A stretch of 64,000 nt of DNA from Lepidodermella squamata (GCA_047495785.1 JBLDXI010000074.1:248001-312000); one strand, 5' to 3'. Counted from the stretch's first letter, positions 37,101 to 52,144 are shown. The notes: generated by a model not told the origin, from the sequence alone. Numbers and translations: made by a program.

Positions 37101-37964
37101 CTTTCAACTTTAAACCCTAAAATTGACAACAAAAATGCCGGTTAATTTTCACAGACAAAGTTTTACTAGAGTTTTGTGTTAAGAAGAGAAAGAGCAGGCG
37201 TACTTATTTATCATCTCAAAGAAAGCAGCATTCGCTGGCAGTAAAAAGAAGAAGATAATTGTTGATGTCCCAACTCAGCTGCTCACAATTATATCGCGTA
37301 ATTTCACCACACAAAACACACAACTTTTTTCGTATTATCTCATTGCTCTAGTTTTTTAAACGAAATATTTACAATTTTTTATTTATTAAGAAACCACGAC
37401 GACGACGAAAAAAACGGCACACTAGGTACGCCGCGCCTCTGAACACCTTCTGAAAGAGTTGTTTTTTGGGACACAAACGTCGACTAGGTCCGCGAGACAC
37501 GATTGATTGAGCCTATTTAGAAAAATTATCATCAAATATCAGAATAATAATTGAATAATTTTTTCTCTTCATCATCATCATCAAGCTATTTATAACTGGG
37601 ATAGTTAATAAGCGCGTATGAATATATATTTATATGTGATGATCTAGCTGGGAACGACCGGACGAGAAAAAATCTGCGATTCTTTTTATTATATGTACAC
37701 ATTATGAAGCCTGAAAACGAAAAATTCACACAGACAAAACTAAAAAGGCTGCAGAAATAACAACACCCGATTATTAGCAAGAGAGAGTTTATAGTAGTTG
37801 TAGAGCAAGTTGAGAGAAGAAATCAGAGAGAGAGCAATTATGGAATTTCGGCATTCGCGCGATAAAAACACTATCACGTTAGTTATTTTTCATCATTCAC
37901 AAGCAAGTCTCGTCATTTAATATCGATCAATGATCGTCAAAAATTGGTCATTATTTTTCCGCAT

Positions 37965-40900
37965 TTATTTCCGCAGACTCGTTTGCGCTTGCAACAAGCC
38001 GGCCGTCGACTGCTGCTGCTGCTGCGTTGCCGTCGATGACGCTGACGACCCAGGAGCGCCCGACCCCACGACAGCCGAGCTCGCCTGGCCGGTGGAGCCC
38101 TGGCCCGGGGCTCCGACGGCTGGCGCGCTCTGCATGCACGACGAGGCGAGGCTCTTGAACAGCTTCTCGAAGTCGGGGCTCGACGTCACGAACAGCTTGT
38201 CCCACAGGCGGTAGTGCGGCCGCTTGAACAGCTCCGTGAACGTCACGAGCAGACCCCACGGGTGGGGCCGGCTAACGATTAGACGTTCCAAGAAAACGCG
38301 TACAATCTGGAAATTTGAGAAAAAATAATTAATTTTTGTTAAAGAATAAATTAAAAAAATTGGTCGAATTTTGAATTATTTTGATATTTTTCAGCGAATA
38401 AATCAAATTTGACCCGAATATTTCACCGATAATAGCCGAAAAAAACAGATTGTGTATTTCGGCAATTATCGCCATAATTTTTTTCAAGGTTTTTCGAGTT
38501 TTCTCACAAATTCCCATAAAATTCCATTAGTTCGATCCCTCCGTTTTCAGAAATAAATTGATTCCTTATAATCGAGTCATATGAAATCCTTCCGAGTAAC
38601 AAACCTGGTCTTCGACATCAGCGCGGCCAGTTTCCGCGAAGAGATTCAACAAGACGCAGTGGAAATACGCCGTATGGCTGTTCGGGTAACGCAGCTGGTT
38701 AGTCATCGCCGACAGGTACAGGTACCGCGCTTCCGTGTTGAAGTGAATCGCCATCGACAGGAAGATGTTCATATGCCGCTGGCGGTACACCTCCGTGATC
38801 GAAATGTCACGGCCCTCGTCGCGCAGGCACCTGATCGCATGCGAACCAACGTACAAGACCAACGCGTTGATCATCGGCACGTTGTAGCGATTTGACGGGT
38901 CGTTGTCGACTCGTAAGAAGCCTTCGATATTGTTCAGAACGTCAACGGCCTGGCCGGTTTCGATGAACGCGTCCAGGTCGCGCTTTAAGGTGGCTGGCAG
39001 CACAACAGCGGGGTCGCCGTAGATCTGCGGCAGGACGTTCATTTCGCGAATTTGGCTCAGGTCGAGGTTTGGCGAGAACGGGTCTTGAAGGCGCATTGAT
39101 TTAGGATACGCCGATAGAATGACATTGCGCAGTTGGATGCAGTTCAGCGGGATGATGTCGCAGAACAACGGGCAGAACGTGCACAGAAATTCGGGGAAAT
39201 CGTGCAGAACCACGAGAAGAATTCGCAACGTGCCCTTGTACAACACATGCATCGATTTCGTAATTTCCATATTGCGCAAAAATGGCGCGAAAAATCGGAA
39301 CAAATCAGCGAGTAACTGCGCGAAGTACAGCCAGGATCGGCGGCCGGCATTCGGCGGCGAGTACGTCAGCACTTTGCCGAGGAAATAGCGATGGGCGACA
39401 ATGTCTAGCCATGAGAAGACGAAAGATGGCGCTTTCGTCGGGCGCAGGTAGTGCAGGGCATTTGCGAAAGCCGCGATGATGAATTGCATCCATGGCTCGG
39501 CAACGGCCGAATCATTGACGACAATTTCCGTCCACAGGCAGACGAGAAGTCTGTGATATGGCAGTGGGTGGAAATTTTCCTAAAAATTAAAATATATATT
39601 AAAAAATTAGTTCATAAATTGAAGATGAAATTTCATTTTTCTCAGCGACAAAATTTCATGTCTCGTTCTTCAAATATTTAAAAATTAAAAAAAATAATCG
39701 GAATTGAGATGAAAAATTTGAAAATCGAATTTTGAAAATTCCCTTAGAAAATGAACAAAAATTATTTAAAATAAAAAAAATTACCTGGCGACGTTCTTGG
39801 TCGCGGAGGGTGACGCCAACAATTAGACCCAACACCTTATTCAGAAGACTGATGCGGCTATGAGCAGCCTGGTCGCCTCCCGATGTGTTCTTCAGCACGG
39901 TCACAATGAGCTTGACAAACGCATCGGTGACGTGGAAAGCGCGCGCTCGTTGCTGCGTCGGCGTCAAATTTTCGCCCAGGCTTTCGTACGCATGCTCAAC
40001 CGCGATTTCAACGCCGTGGCGGAAAAATCGGGTGACGACATCGTCCGATTGCAACACGCCCATTTTAATCATCTGTTGGATGTAGCCGTGGAACAACCGG
40101 CCGACGTCTTTCGGCTGAGTATGGCACAGTTCGACCCAGGTTCGCAGGAGCGATTCGGTCTTATCGCGGAGACCGGGTGGGTCATCATTGACATCTCGGG
40201 CCGCAGCCACGCCGTTCATCATCATCTCGAATGGCTGGCTAGTTGCGGTGGCGCCTGGTGGCAGCGGGGTTGGCTGCGAGCCTCCAGGTGGCACGACGAA
40301 GGGGCGGTCCGGCAATACGACGCAATAATCACTTTGCAGCGCCAACGAATTGACAACTTGTTGCAAAGGTTCAGCAACCTAAAATTAAATAATTCAAAAT
40401 TTTAATGAGAAAAATTATTAGATTTTTTTCAAATTTTGATAAAAACGAACCTGCGGGTTGTGAACGTGAGGCAACAAACGGCGAAGAGCGTCGATGGTGC
40501 GCGCGAATTCGGCCTCGTGGAAAGTGTTCGAGATGGTAACAAGCGACGGGCCGTCTTCCGCCAAGCAGTACGCCTGCAGGAACAGTGCAGCAAAGCCGAG
40601 GAAGCTGAGCACGCCCGGTGACAGGGTCGACGAGGCAGCCGCGTCCAAGCTCGCCGCCATCTGGTTGTCGAGGACGTGGCCTAGGAAAAGGCCGGCCTTC
40701 AACACGCAGACGAAAGCTTCGACGTTGTAGCGCACTTCTTCGCGGCATTCCAGCCATGCTTTGGTAACTTTTTGCGATAACCAGCCAGGTCCGAACATGG
40801 CGAGTTGCTGCAGTTTAGCCAGTGCGTACAGGTGAACGTCTCGGAAACGCGACAACAACGGGTGATCAAGGCCAACAACGGTTGCCAGCGCGACAGGTGC

Positions 40901-43900
40901 GCGGTATCCTATAATTGAAACAGAATCGAAAAATTAATAATTGTTATAATAAAAGCGAAGAAAAGTTGGGAAATGTTAAAAATCCGCCTTAAAAATCCCA
41001 TAAATTTAACCGATATTTCAATTAATTTTGCTTTCCTACTTCCTACTCCCATTTTCTGAATTGGAGAAAAAGCTCACCTTCGAAAAATGATTCGAAAATT
41101 TTGACAACAAGCTGGTCCGGGCTGACTTCGGTGGCGCGAGCCTTCTGCAGCCACTCCATCAGCTCCATCAACAATTTGACCTGGCGCGTTTGTTGCGCCT
41201 CAGCCGAGCCCAGAATACCCGCGATATACATGTTCTGAAACGCTTGTTGAACGTCGTTTCTCAGCGATTCGATCAGCACCTGAGCTTCGTCCAAAGCTGG
41301 GCTGGTCGATGCGGGTGGGTGGCCGATAGCGCCGTGACCGCCACCGTGACCGCGAGGCGGGGGCTGGTTGGTCGGGCCGGTTTGCAGACCAGGTGATGGG
41401 ACTGGTTCGATGCCGATAGACGGCGCCGCCATAGGTTGGAACCCAGGCATATTGCGCAACAATTCTTCATAGGCCGCGATTTGATGCGGCAACACTGAAC
41501 CGACCTTCAGCCGCAACGGCTCCGGCATGCGTTCAGCCTGGTATTGCAGGGTCTGGTGGCTGCAGTAGTGACGGCCTTCATTACGCGCCAAACGGCGGAC
41601 TTCATACTCGGGGCCGAGGTGCTTCTCCATCTCAGCCGCGGCGAATTCCATCGTTTTAGCCTGGACAAAGGCCATAACAGCCGGCAGACTGTCGTCAACA
41701 ATGCGCCTGGCACACTCGTCGAGTTGCTCAGCTGAGAAATCACGACGAACCGAGTCGCTGGACAGAATCGCCCGGACTCGGGTCATCATGTTCGTCGCAA
41801 TCATTTCTTTAAGCTGGACGAGGGTGGTGCCGCAGACCAGTTGTTTGATCAAATAACCGGCCGCTTGACGCAAATGATGTTCCTCCGGGTCGAGGGCGAA
41901 GTCTTTTTTGACGAGAGCCTCGCATGTTGCCAGGGTGTGTTTCAAGATACGATCCATACCAGCCTGGATGCTTTCCTTCGCCGCAGTGTCCAGGTTTCGT
42001 TTCAGCGCCATGACAACCATCTGGTTACCGGCGATTGGTGGTAACTGCTCGTTGAATTGCAGAAGGCCTGATTCGACGAGGTCTTTCTCGAGCGAAACTG
42101 TCCGGTAGTCGAAGAGTTGCTGCTGGGGCGCCGAGCCTTGAGCAGACGACTGTTGACCAGCCTGGGCAGCCTGGTTGGCTGCTGACTGAGCCTGGGCTGC
42201 GTTCGAAGACTGGCTAGGCTGAGATACAGCCGCAGCGGCTTGTTGCAACTGTTGCAGCGAGACTGGCACGGCATTCTGCTGGTTCGACTGTTGCTGCTGT
42301 TGTTGCTGCTGGACGTGCATGGCATGGGAGTTGGACGGAGTTTGGTTGAACCCGCCAGCAATCGCCGTCATCAAAGCAGCCTGAGAATATATTCGAAATT
42401 AATTAATGAATTGGTAATGGGTTGCAAACAGCCCGCAACATCCAAAGTTTAAAGAATTTTTTAGGGCCTAAAGTTGAAACCAAAGACTAAATTTGAGCTA
42501 TTATTTTGCACTTACTGACTTCCTGCTGCGTAAAAATAAATAAAAAATATTTCATAAAATCTGAATACTTAAGATTTCAAACCAACGATTAATTATCGAA
42601 AAATAAAATTTTTGCTATAAATCAAAAATCAACTATTTCCGAAATAAAATAATTTAAAAGTTACGGGTTGTTTAATAATCCTCGTTGGCATTTCAAAAAC
42701 CCGATACATATTTAGCACGAAGAAATTTATTAAATCAAGATAAATTCTCACCTGAGAAACAGCCGGAGTCGGTCCTCGAGACGGGATAACCGCGCCCGAT
42801 TGCTGCGACTGTTGCTGGCCCTGCTGAGACTGTTGACCCTGGTTCTGCTGCTGCTGCTGGTTCTGTTGGTTCTGTTGCGGCATGCGTTGCTGCTGTAACG
42901 CCGCAATTTGCGCCGCAGCAAGAGCCGCGCCCGAACTCGCCGACGTCGCAATCTGCGGTGGCTGGTTTTGGTTCTGCGGGGGCTGAATAGCCGGCATAAG
43001 CGGGGTAGGCACCGATTGCGGAAACAACGGCGCGTTACTCAACTGCGGCTCTTGACCCAAAATGTACTCCATGTAATGCTGATCGGTGAAAAATGGCCGA
43101 TGCCCGTACATATTCGACACGGTCTGTTGAATCTGGCGCAAATCAATGCCCAGTTGCTTGCACAGCACTTCAACTTCGAATTTGAGGTACAACTTCGAGT
43201 TCGGGTCATTATTCAACTCGACCAAAACTTTGAGTACAGCCGAGGCAATCGGGCTAGGGTACTTGAACAGCCGACTCTTCGCCGTCCCTTCCAGCACTTT
43301 AACAACGAAACAAACGACGTAGTACAGCTCAGGCCCGCCTCGGTGGTAAGCCTCGAAAAGCAGAGCTTTGAGATCGATTTCGTTGTACATAATCGGCCGG
43401 TTACGGTGGAGGGTGAGCAGACCCAGCCAATGGCCCAAGTTTTTCAGCAACTTTCGATCAGATAACGCGCCTTCAGACTTCGGCGCTTTGAGTAACACTC
43501 GAATATTTCTCAGCGTCTCCTTAATCATCAACTCAATCAACGAGATTTGGTTCAACGATTCCACGAATTGCAGGTACAAATTGTGGAAATTAATTTCCAA
43601 CGGGACGCGTTTTGTTACCAGGTAAGAGGCAACCCAGGGTAGGTGTTCGTCCTGGACAACTCGTCTGAAGTCGTGGAGTTTGTCTTCCAGGTTAGACAAC
43701 GATAAATTGTTGATGATAAATGAAACGCGTTCGACGACTTGATCCGGCGGTTTTTGAATGACCGGCTCTTCAACCGGCGGCGGGGGTGGAGGGGGTGCCG
43801 GGGCCTGAGGCGCCGGGGTCGGAGCCGGCGTGGCACTCGCCGAGGCTGACTGGGTCGGTTTGTTCAGAGCAGCATTGGCCATGGCTTGCAGTTGAAGCGG

Positions 43901-46900
43901 GGTCGAAGCTCCGCCCACTGCTGTCGCTCCACCCGCAACGGCGTCGAAAAACGCCGCAGCGTGCATTGAGTTCTGTTGGACCTACAAAGTAGGACACATT
44001 AAAGTATGCAAAATAGGTGACTTAAAAATAGAGTCTCAAAATTAAAGGTCAACATTAGACGTTTGCTGTCACATGGTACATTAGAGTGAGCACGCGCCAA
44101 AAATTTATTTGAATTCTCATTCTAAATTTGATCTTAACTAAGGAAAATTTTGGCGCACGACCGTTTAAATCACCGGACGTTCCAGATGTGCCAACAAAAA
44201 TCAGAAAAATAGAAAACGCGGGCGATAAAAAGGGTAAAATCTGAAGGAATTTTCGAAATTTGTTGACAATAGAATATTGACTGAATTATAGGAAAAGCTA
44301 TCGAATATTTCATTCAAATCCATTTGTTCACGGTTCAATCTGATGTATGTAGAGCAAAGTTCCCTTGTAGGGCAAAATGCGACATACTTCTTATTAAAAG
44401 AAGTTGACATGCTTCGGATGAAACAAGTTTTTTGTTTCTGTAATGGCCAAGTAATTCAATGAAAGCTTGGAATTTTACCTACAAATTCATTAAGCTGCCG
44501 AAAATATTTCAACTAAATTCAAAATTTCAAGTTAATTTACAGGTAATTTTTAACAATATTTTTATCGAATCAGAGCACGCGTTTCCTAACCTGTTGCTGT
44601 TGAGCCTGATGCTGGCGTTGTTGAGCCTGCAGTTGAGCCTGGACAACCTGCTGCAAAACAGCCGGATTCTGTTGATTAGCCGGGGCGGCCGCCGAGTGTT
44701 CGGACATATCACCCGGGAACTGTTTCCCAGCGCCGTAGTGTACCAACTGAATCAAGTGCAGTGGCAGCACGCGAATATTGATCTGATTAGCGTGGGCCAT
44801 TTCAAGAATAGCCGAGCAAAATCGCGAATAGTCCTTCAGCTTATGGCGGAACTGCTCGAGGGCGCGGACTGCGAATTCGTGCAGACGAGTGTTGTCGCTT
44901 TTCAGCGATTCGAGGATAATTCGCATTGCCATCACGAGTGGTTGCGGTGGTAGAAGTGATTCGGCGATTAAACAGCCGTACAACGTCGCGGCGATGCCGA
45001 GTTCTCGCGGCGGATATCGATCGTAATAACGGAACTCGTCGAGCAAGTTCTTCACCATGCAAATGAAAACTTCTTGATCGCGCCGCTGAGGCGAGTCGTG
45101 CAACCGTCTCAACTTTAGAATAAAAACAGAAACATTAAGGTGGGTCAAAATTACACAAGAAATAACACGAACCATCTCGACGATTTCACCGAATTCCATT
45201 GAACTCTGGCCCGAAAAGCCGAAGATCTTCTGGAAATAAGAGTTTGCCTCGCTTTCAATTGTGGCGTCGAAGTTATCAGGAATTTGACCCGGATTAGACG
45301 GAGCTCCGCCTTGAGATGGTGTTCCAGCGGGAGTGCCTTGTAGCAACGGAGGAGTGGCTGAAAATCATGAGAAATCAATTAAAAACGAAACTCAGAAGAC
45401 ATAAAATAATCATCATGCCTGGGTTATACTCCATCATAAAACCAATATTTCAAATATCAGCGAATAATAAAAGAGAATAAGTCGAACATGTCAAAAACAT
45501 AGATTGTGATCTAAGCCACGTCACTAAAACGAGTCTAGGGACTTATAGCAAGATAACAAGGCTGATGAATCATAGCTTAAGTCAACAATAGCCATGATTC
45601 ATCACTGTAAATCCCATTTCCAAGAAATTGATAGAGAAGTCGAACAAATTTGTTGATTTGGATACATTCTAGAACACTTGTAACCCATTATCTTGGGTAT
45701 TATAGGCTAAATTAAAGTTAGGGATGTAAATTTACCTGAAACGAGTCGACCGCCTGGTGGCGCCATTTGGCCAGGCATGCGATTGGCCGGTCCACTCGAG
45801 ATGGTGGGCGGACTGGGCGGTCTACCCGGCGCAACCGGGTTATTTTGCCGCGGCTGTTGTTCTTGTTGTTGCTGCTGCTGAGCTCGCACCATCATCTGCC
45901 GGTTATTACCAGCCATCATCAACAGTTTTTCCGTCAATTTGCTGGGCAACGGCCCGGCCTCGGTTGAAACCATGTATTTCTGAAGACTGGTCAGCAGTGG
46001 TTGGATCACCTCGCCGGCCTTCATCTGCCAGTACTCCGCCGGCGTGTTCGCATTCGGGTCGATCAAATACGGGAAACGCCGTTCGAGGTAAGACAAACAC
46101 TCGGCGAAAAACTCCTGGCCATGCTCGGTCAATTTCTGAGGCAGCCATTTGTACAAGTTCAAGAACTCGCGACGATACGCTAGACACGCCAGCTCAATCA
46201 CGAAGTTGAACGGGCGGAAGTTCAGCAGGGCTAGCACGGCTTTCAACTCGTGAGCTACGTCCAGAATACGACTCATCCGATTCAACGAGTCAATTCCATC
46301 ACCGCCATCAGGCGATCGATCGTACCATTCGGTCATAGCTCGGAGGATGCAAAGCCGTAATTGGTCGTTCGACTCCTGTTGCGCCTGTAATTGGTGCCAG
46401 ATAGGGCCCGAAGTCGGGTGGCGGTCGAGGAAGGTCTGAATTAGGTCGACTAAAATGTCTTGTTTCAAAAAATCCCAACGAGGAGCTGCGAGGAGGGATA
46501 ACGACAAAATCTCCGGGCAGCGTTCCCTCGGTTTTTGGAACAAATTTCTGACCTCCGCTTCGTGGCCTAATGACGCGAGATGTAATAAGGCGTTTACTAA
46601 CTCCCAACACCGCCACGTTTTCAACTCCCGATCTTCGTAAGAACCGTGTGGTAGTTTAAGCTGCTCGATCGGGATCATGAGTAACCCGGCTGTGGCGAAT
46701 GAAAACACATCCGGGTTTTGCAGGCTTTGAATGACGAATTCAAGTTGACCCTGCGTGTATTGCCAATTAGTTTTGCAGAAGACATCAGCCGGGAGGTGGG
46801 AATCATTTAACGCAACTTGAAGAGCCCGAACCAGGACTTGAAGCGCGTCTCGGTGAGGCACGGTGAAGAACTCGTTGTCGAGGTACCGCATGCATTCGAG

Positions 46901-48079
46901 CCAGTTGAATGATGAGAACTTGGTTCGAAGGGCCTGCATCACGTTTTGCACGTGCCACACATCGAAGTCATTCGCTTCATCACCCGGGTTCGACTGCTGA
47001 ATCGGGGCGAGGCTGGCAATTGCACCTCCGGGTTTGATGGCACGAACGACTTTGGCGAGGAGGATTGCACACGCGTTAGGTGTCACAAGTTGAGGCGGCA
47101 CTTTTTCGAGAAAAGCCTGAAAAAAACATATCATTTATTCAAAATTTTCTGAGAATTAGGTGGATTTTACTTGGAAATCATCGACGCAACGCGACACGGA
47201 GGGGCCAACTTCCATGACGTAGTCGCTGAACGACAGACTTTCACCAGCCGCCGACTTTGAAAACACCGAGTTCTGGCTTGCGACGAGACGGCCAACGTCA
47301 CCGCCGACCACGTCGCTGCCGATGCGCAGGCCTGCGAATGCCTGACTGAGGGGGCCGAGCGTCGACGAGTTCGCGCCCCATCCAATGAATTTGTTTACCG
47401 TATCGGACGACAGTTTCAGAGCTTTTTGACTGATCACGATCGTCGAAAAGAAGAAGTTGAGCTGATCCTGTGTGGTATCTTTAAGCTCAGATTCGTCTAA
47501 TTTCTCGAGCTTGTCCTTCAGAAATGATGGTACAAGCGACGATAATTCTGGTTTGGATTGTAGTAGAGCTAATGACAATATCACCTCCTATTATACAAAA
47601 ATAGAGTAATCGACGAGAACTAGAAAATCCGAGAAAATTACCTGAAACCTGCTTAGTTTAAGGTGACTGGAGATATTGCTGAGGAGCTCTTTACTGGGCC
47701 GTAAAGATTTTTGGTGGTTAAGGGGGTTTTCGATGGCGTACTGTAGTAGGTGCGGGAAGTTGGGGCCAGAGAACAGTGGCACGCCAGTAGTGGGTTGGTT
47801 GGGGGGTGGGGGAGTTCCAGAAGTTGATGAGCGATCTTGAAGATGGCACTCCTGGATGAGTAGTTGTAGCTGGTGGTAATCTTTGCTACCTTGCCGCCCG
47901 TCCGAAGCAAAGTCTACGGCGGAGAAAAGGCAGCGGATGAAATAGCGTTCGGCTTCGAAACCGTGCTCAGCGACTAAGGCGTGTAGTTCAGCAACTGATG
48001 ACTTGTAGTTCTTTTTGTTGAGTCCGGCTATGAGACTGCTAATTTGAGCGAGGGCGAACGAAAGTGGATCCAAATTCAT
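37965..48079 (-). CDS. CNOT1: CCR4-NOT transcription complex subunit 1 (about 11 exons)
   Basis: N-terminus [100 protein letters not shown]. Confidence 0.96.
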
Positions 48080-48241
48080 TCGATACGCATTCGCTCAAGG
48101 CCAGTAATAGCGCAACTTGCATGAGACAATAAGGGTGTTAAGGAATCCTAGATAAACCGGAAATTCATTAGTACTAAAACGATAAAAAAAACTTTGGAGC
48201 AAATTGAAAAGAAAGAAGACACTAGAAGTTTGAGGGCTCGG

Positions 48242-49139
48242 TCATTTGAACATGTCATCATAGTTGATACTGCTGCTCTCATTCTTCATCATCTTCAAGA
48301 TTTTTGCATATTTTCGTTTGATTTTTTGCAACTCAGTTTCCCTGAAAAATTATATATCAACAATAAAGAGATAAATCATGGGGCTATATAACAACATACG
48401 CTTCGTCTTTGTCGCTCTTTTCATCGGCATCCTCGTCGCCTTTGCTTTCACTGTCGGAATTAGATGCATCTTCTTCGTCGTAACTCGAGTCGCGCCCTCC
48501 GCGAGCCACTGAAAAAAGAATTCGGCATCACACAAATGGGCCCTTGGTAAGTTACATACCAAAATCGTCATCGTCATCGGGATAATCATTTCTCCAATTG
48601 CCTTCAGAGTTAGAGTCAGAGTCGTCATCAACATATTTCTCGTTATCAGAGCCATCGTCAGCAACTAAGTCTCGATATTCCGAAGGAAATGCAGAGATGT
48701 TGTCAAGGTTGCCAGAAACAGGTGCATTAGATTTCCACAAGTACAGATCGTAAACGAACGCCGAATCCATAACCTGATCATTACATGTTACTTGGTCAGG
48801 CCCCGATTCAACAGGTAACAGTTTGTTCTTGTCATCGAGATCGATCAACTTGATTCTTTTTGGTTTGCTAGCGTCCGAGTCATCACCATGCAGTAATGGT
48901 AAACTTCGCGGAGGGGCTTTAGACGAAAGAAGCTTCCCGTGCTCCCTAATTTCGTTCAACACACTTTGCGCGTCTTTTGCATCACCAACGGTCTTTAAGA
49001 AACCAGCTCGTTCAATAACTGCATTTGGCACACTGACATCATCAATGTCGTCCGTTTTCGCTTTCTTCAGGTTGACAACGAGTGATTCAGCAGCGGAGCT
49101 GTCGATACGGCGCTTAACTCTGATTATAGCGTATTCCAT
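48242..49139 (-). CDS. SLC7A6OS: SLC7A6OS/Iwr1-like RNA polymerase II nuclear import factor; exons 49139-48560, 48508-48400, 48341-48242
   Basis: N-terminal IIRVKRR...ESLVV, FVYDLY, and Iwr1 motif DDSDSNSEGNWRNDYPDDD. Confidence 0.85.
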
Positions 49140-50275
49140 GAGCGGTTTCTCACAAAGCCTAACGAATGAAAAATAAACCAGGTTAAAAATCGATAATGCA
49201 AGAGAAAAGAGAACTCGTAGGCTAAAGGTCAGAGAAAAAGTACTCGGCATTCAGCCTAATTTGCAAGATATGAATAGAATGCGCGGATAAACCTGTCTTT
49301 ATATGGATGAGATATAGGAACTTCAATAAAAAAATCCCCAATCCCCAACTCCTGACTCCTGAGATAATGAAAGAAGGAGCGCGTGATGTAGGCTTCGCCA
49401 CTAGTCAAACTTAGCGCTAGCATAAAGTCAAATAAACGACAAAAGACAAAAGGGCCTATTGCGCAAGGCCTTTGGGTCAAACTTTAGCTAGGCTCGACTG
49501 AAAAAAATGGCCTAGACTAGCAGCCAGTACCGAATCATCCGTCAGCTTGGCAGTTTCCTTCTCGAAACTGCGCAAAAAATGCATCGCGTGTTCCAACTCG
49601 GATTTTGAATTAGTGTGCTTTTGTTGAGTTTTTCTTGCATGACCTTGCCAAAATGTTAACTTCGAAAAATGTGTTAAAACTTTGTTTGACTTCTAAGACA
49701 TAGTTTGCTATTATGTGGCGGGAAATTTTTTTGAATTATTTTTCAAAGACGTGCTCACTTTTTTCCAATGAATGAACGGGGTGCATTCTGCACCGATTGG
49801 AGCGGCTCGTGCCGTTGCCGTCCTTCCTCTTATTCCCTGGTCCCTGGCCGCTCCGTAAATCACTTGAGGATGACCCACATATCCAAATGCTTCTTATGAT
49901 AGGGCTAACTAAAGCGTTGAGTAACATGGTGAAATATGATGTCCACATTTGTAGATTGGTCGCTGGTCTCTATTACGTGGACTTCTTCAGTCGGTTTCTA
50001 TTAAGTATCACCCAATTAAATTTAAATTGCTAAATTCAGCCATCATTCAGGCCAACATGGCGCTAACAAACGCAAAACAGGGCGAAGTAACTTTCACCTT
50101 CATTTCCTTCATTTTGTTATTCGTTTGGAACTTGGAACTTCGTGATGATTCATGAAGCCGTTCTGACCGATGACGATCACCGTAGCAGTATTAGATCATG
50201 TTGCAACTTCTTAATGAACTCACTCTGACGAGAATCATTTGATACTTTCATTGAAATAGAAATATACTCAAAAGA

Positions 50276-51166
50276 ATGCTGACCCGCCTCCGCGCGGCTC
50301 TTCTTGGCGAGCCGAATGAACCGAGAGGCCCGAAAATCACTGACCTTCCGACTGAAATCATTGTTAACATTCTTTCAAGGGTTGACCCTATAGAATTGCT
50401 GTTGTCGTGCTCAGTTGTCTGTAAGCGGTTCCATGACATAATTTCGACTGCTGACTTTTGGTCCGATCTCTTTTCCTATGTGTATGGTGTGGAAAATTTA
50501 GCATTGCTTCGGTCGAAAATGCCATCTCATCCTATTAACTTGAAGCGGTTGGTAGTTTTCCTCTCTTTTGAACGAAACTTGGTGTCGAATCCTGCGGGTG
50601 AGGATCACACGATCGACTTCTGGGAAATCACCATGAATGGAGGCAATAGATTGATCGTTGAATGGCGTAACGATACTCAGGAGGTACCCGGCTCTGGCAT
50701 GCGAATGACCAGAGGTGAATTGGAATTAGTTGACCGTCCAAATTGGCTGGATCTGCCGGCAAAGTCATGCTTTGTTTCCTCATATGGCCGCTGCGAGTTA
50801 GTTCAAGTTATTGAACTCACCGAACGAGGCTTCGATTCGGATATTCTCGACATTATTCAACCCCCTGTTGCAGTTGGAGTTTGGTTCGCTGCTCGATGGG
50901 ACTGCGGTGCCGAGTATAAATTGGATGTTGTTCTACGGGATGAAAATGATAAAGAAGTTGCTAGATTTCAGCAAACTCGTAGAATGACCGCGGACGAGGA
51001 CCGTTCTCGGTGGATTCCTCTACATCATGTTTTTTCTGACTATGGACGAGGCGTGCGAAAGGTAGAATTCCGTCAATCTGGTGTCGATACGCAATTTTGG
51101 CGTGGTCATTACGGTGCAAAATTTACGAATGCAACAGTCAAAGTTCTGTTTTCCACCCAGCGCTGA
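50276..51166 (+). CDS. F-box/FBA-domain protein (FBXO6/44/27-like), copy 1
   Basis: F-box ITDLPTEIIVNIL...CSVVCKRFHDII; RNLVSNPAGE, WFAARWDCG, DTQFWRGHYGAKFT. Confidence 0.9.
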   Translation: MLTRLRAALLGEPNEPRGPKITDLPTEIIVNILSRVDPIELLLSCSVVCKRFHDIISTADFWSDLFSYVYGVENLALLRSKMPSHPINLKRLVVFLSFERNLVSNPAGEDHTIDFWEITMNGGNRLIVEWRNDTQEVPGSGMRMTRGELELVDRPNWLDLPAKSCFVSSYGRCELVQVIELTERGFDSDILDIIQPPVAVGVWFAARWDCGAEYKLDVVLRDENDKEVARFQQTRRMTADEDRSRWIPLHHVFSDYGRGVRKVEFRQSGVDTQFWRGHYGAKFTNATVKVLFSTQR

Positions 51167-52144
51167 CAGATTTTTAATGCAGAGAAATAGCCATTTATTT
51201 GTGATTCGTATCATATTTGTTTACAATTGTTGCTGACTTTCAATAGCTAATTCAGGCGATATATTTTTGTAATTGTAAAATGTAAATGTTTCGGCTTTCA
51301 ATATTTCAATTTTATTCCTAGAATCGATGAATTAAATTTGTTGATGGCTTACTACACATACCCATGTCCTGCTATTTGGTGGTTTAACCTGCCGACAAGG
51401 AGAAGACTGTGGCACCCGCGAAGGAATCTTTAATCTTCTGCCCGAAAGAGTAACATATCGATTTTCACATTCGCTAGCTGAGTTTGGGAACTTCGATAGT
51501 CGAAATAATTTGGCTGTGTAAATTTTATCCAATGTTAATTTTAAACTATGAGTCGTCGGTCGCGCTACCTGCTAGGAGGGTTATGTTGGATTTTGCTCTG
51601 ATCAAACACTACAGTTTTGCCCTAATCAGCGAAATACGATCGTAAGCTCCGACCATGAAAGCTATCGTTGAATCTCAATCAACTCAGCCCGATCACTTTG
51701 ATTTTCTGAAATGTCTGTCTATTTTTTCCATGACATGGGTCATATCATAGGCACCAGGGAAATATCATAGGATTTTTTCTATGTGTTAGCCCGATTTCCT
51801 GCAGAAAAAGCCTTGTCCGACTAAGAATTGGTGTAATTTTTATCAAGATTTTTTTGCTCCGGTTATTAATTTTAGTTTCAATATTTCGATTGGCATTCGA
51901 CATTATCACATTAACTTTATTGGTAGCCGTAATCAGAAATGTGATGTCAGGCCTGAACTGTTTCTAAATTCTGGATCTTCTAATTTATTTCTGAAAAGCT
52001 AAGCTCAAGGTCTTCTTAATTCGTAAAATTAATATTTTCTACACTCGTTTGTTCAAATTACATTAAAATCAATGCACCACGGACTTAACTCAATACCGAT
52101 CAAGGTAGGTAACGATGGAATAATATCTTCAATTCTTCAGTCTA

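Noticed and set aside
42120-42900. Poly-Gln/CAG-rich tracts in CNOT1
   Set aside because: Ordinary low-complexity linkers between domains.
38581-47152. Many long antisense or alternate-frame ORFs over CNOT1, also over iRhom and the UBL genes
   Set aside because: Expected shadows of GC-rich coding sequence with no independent motifs.
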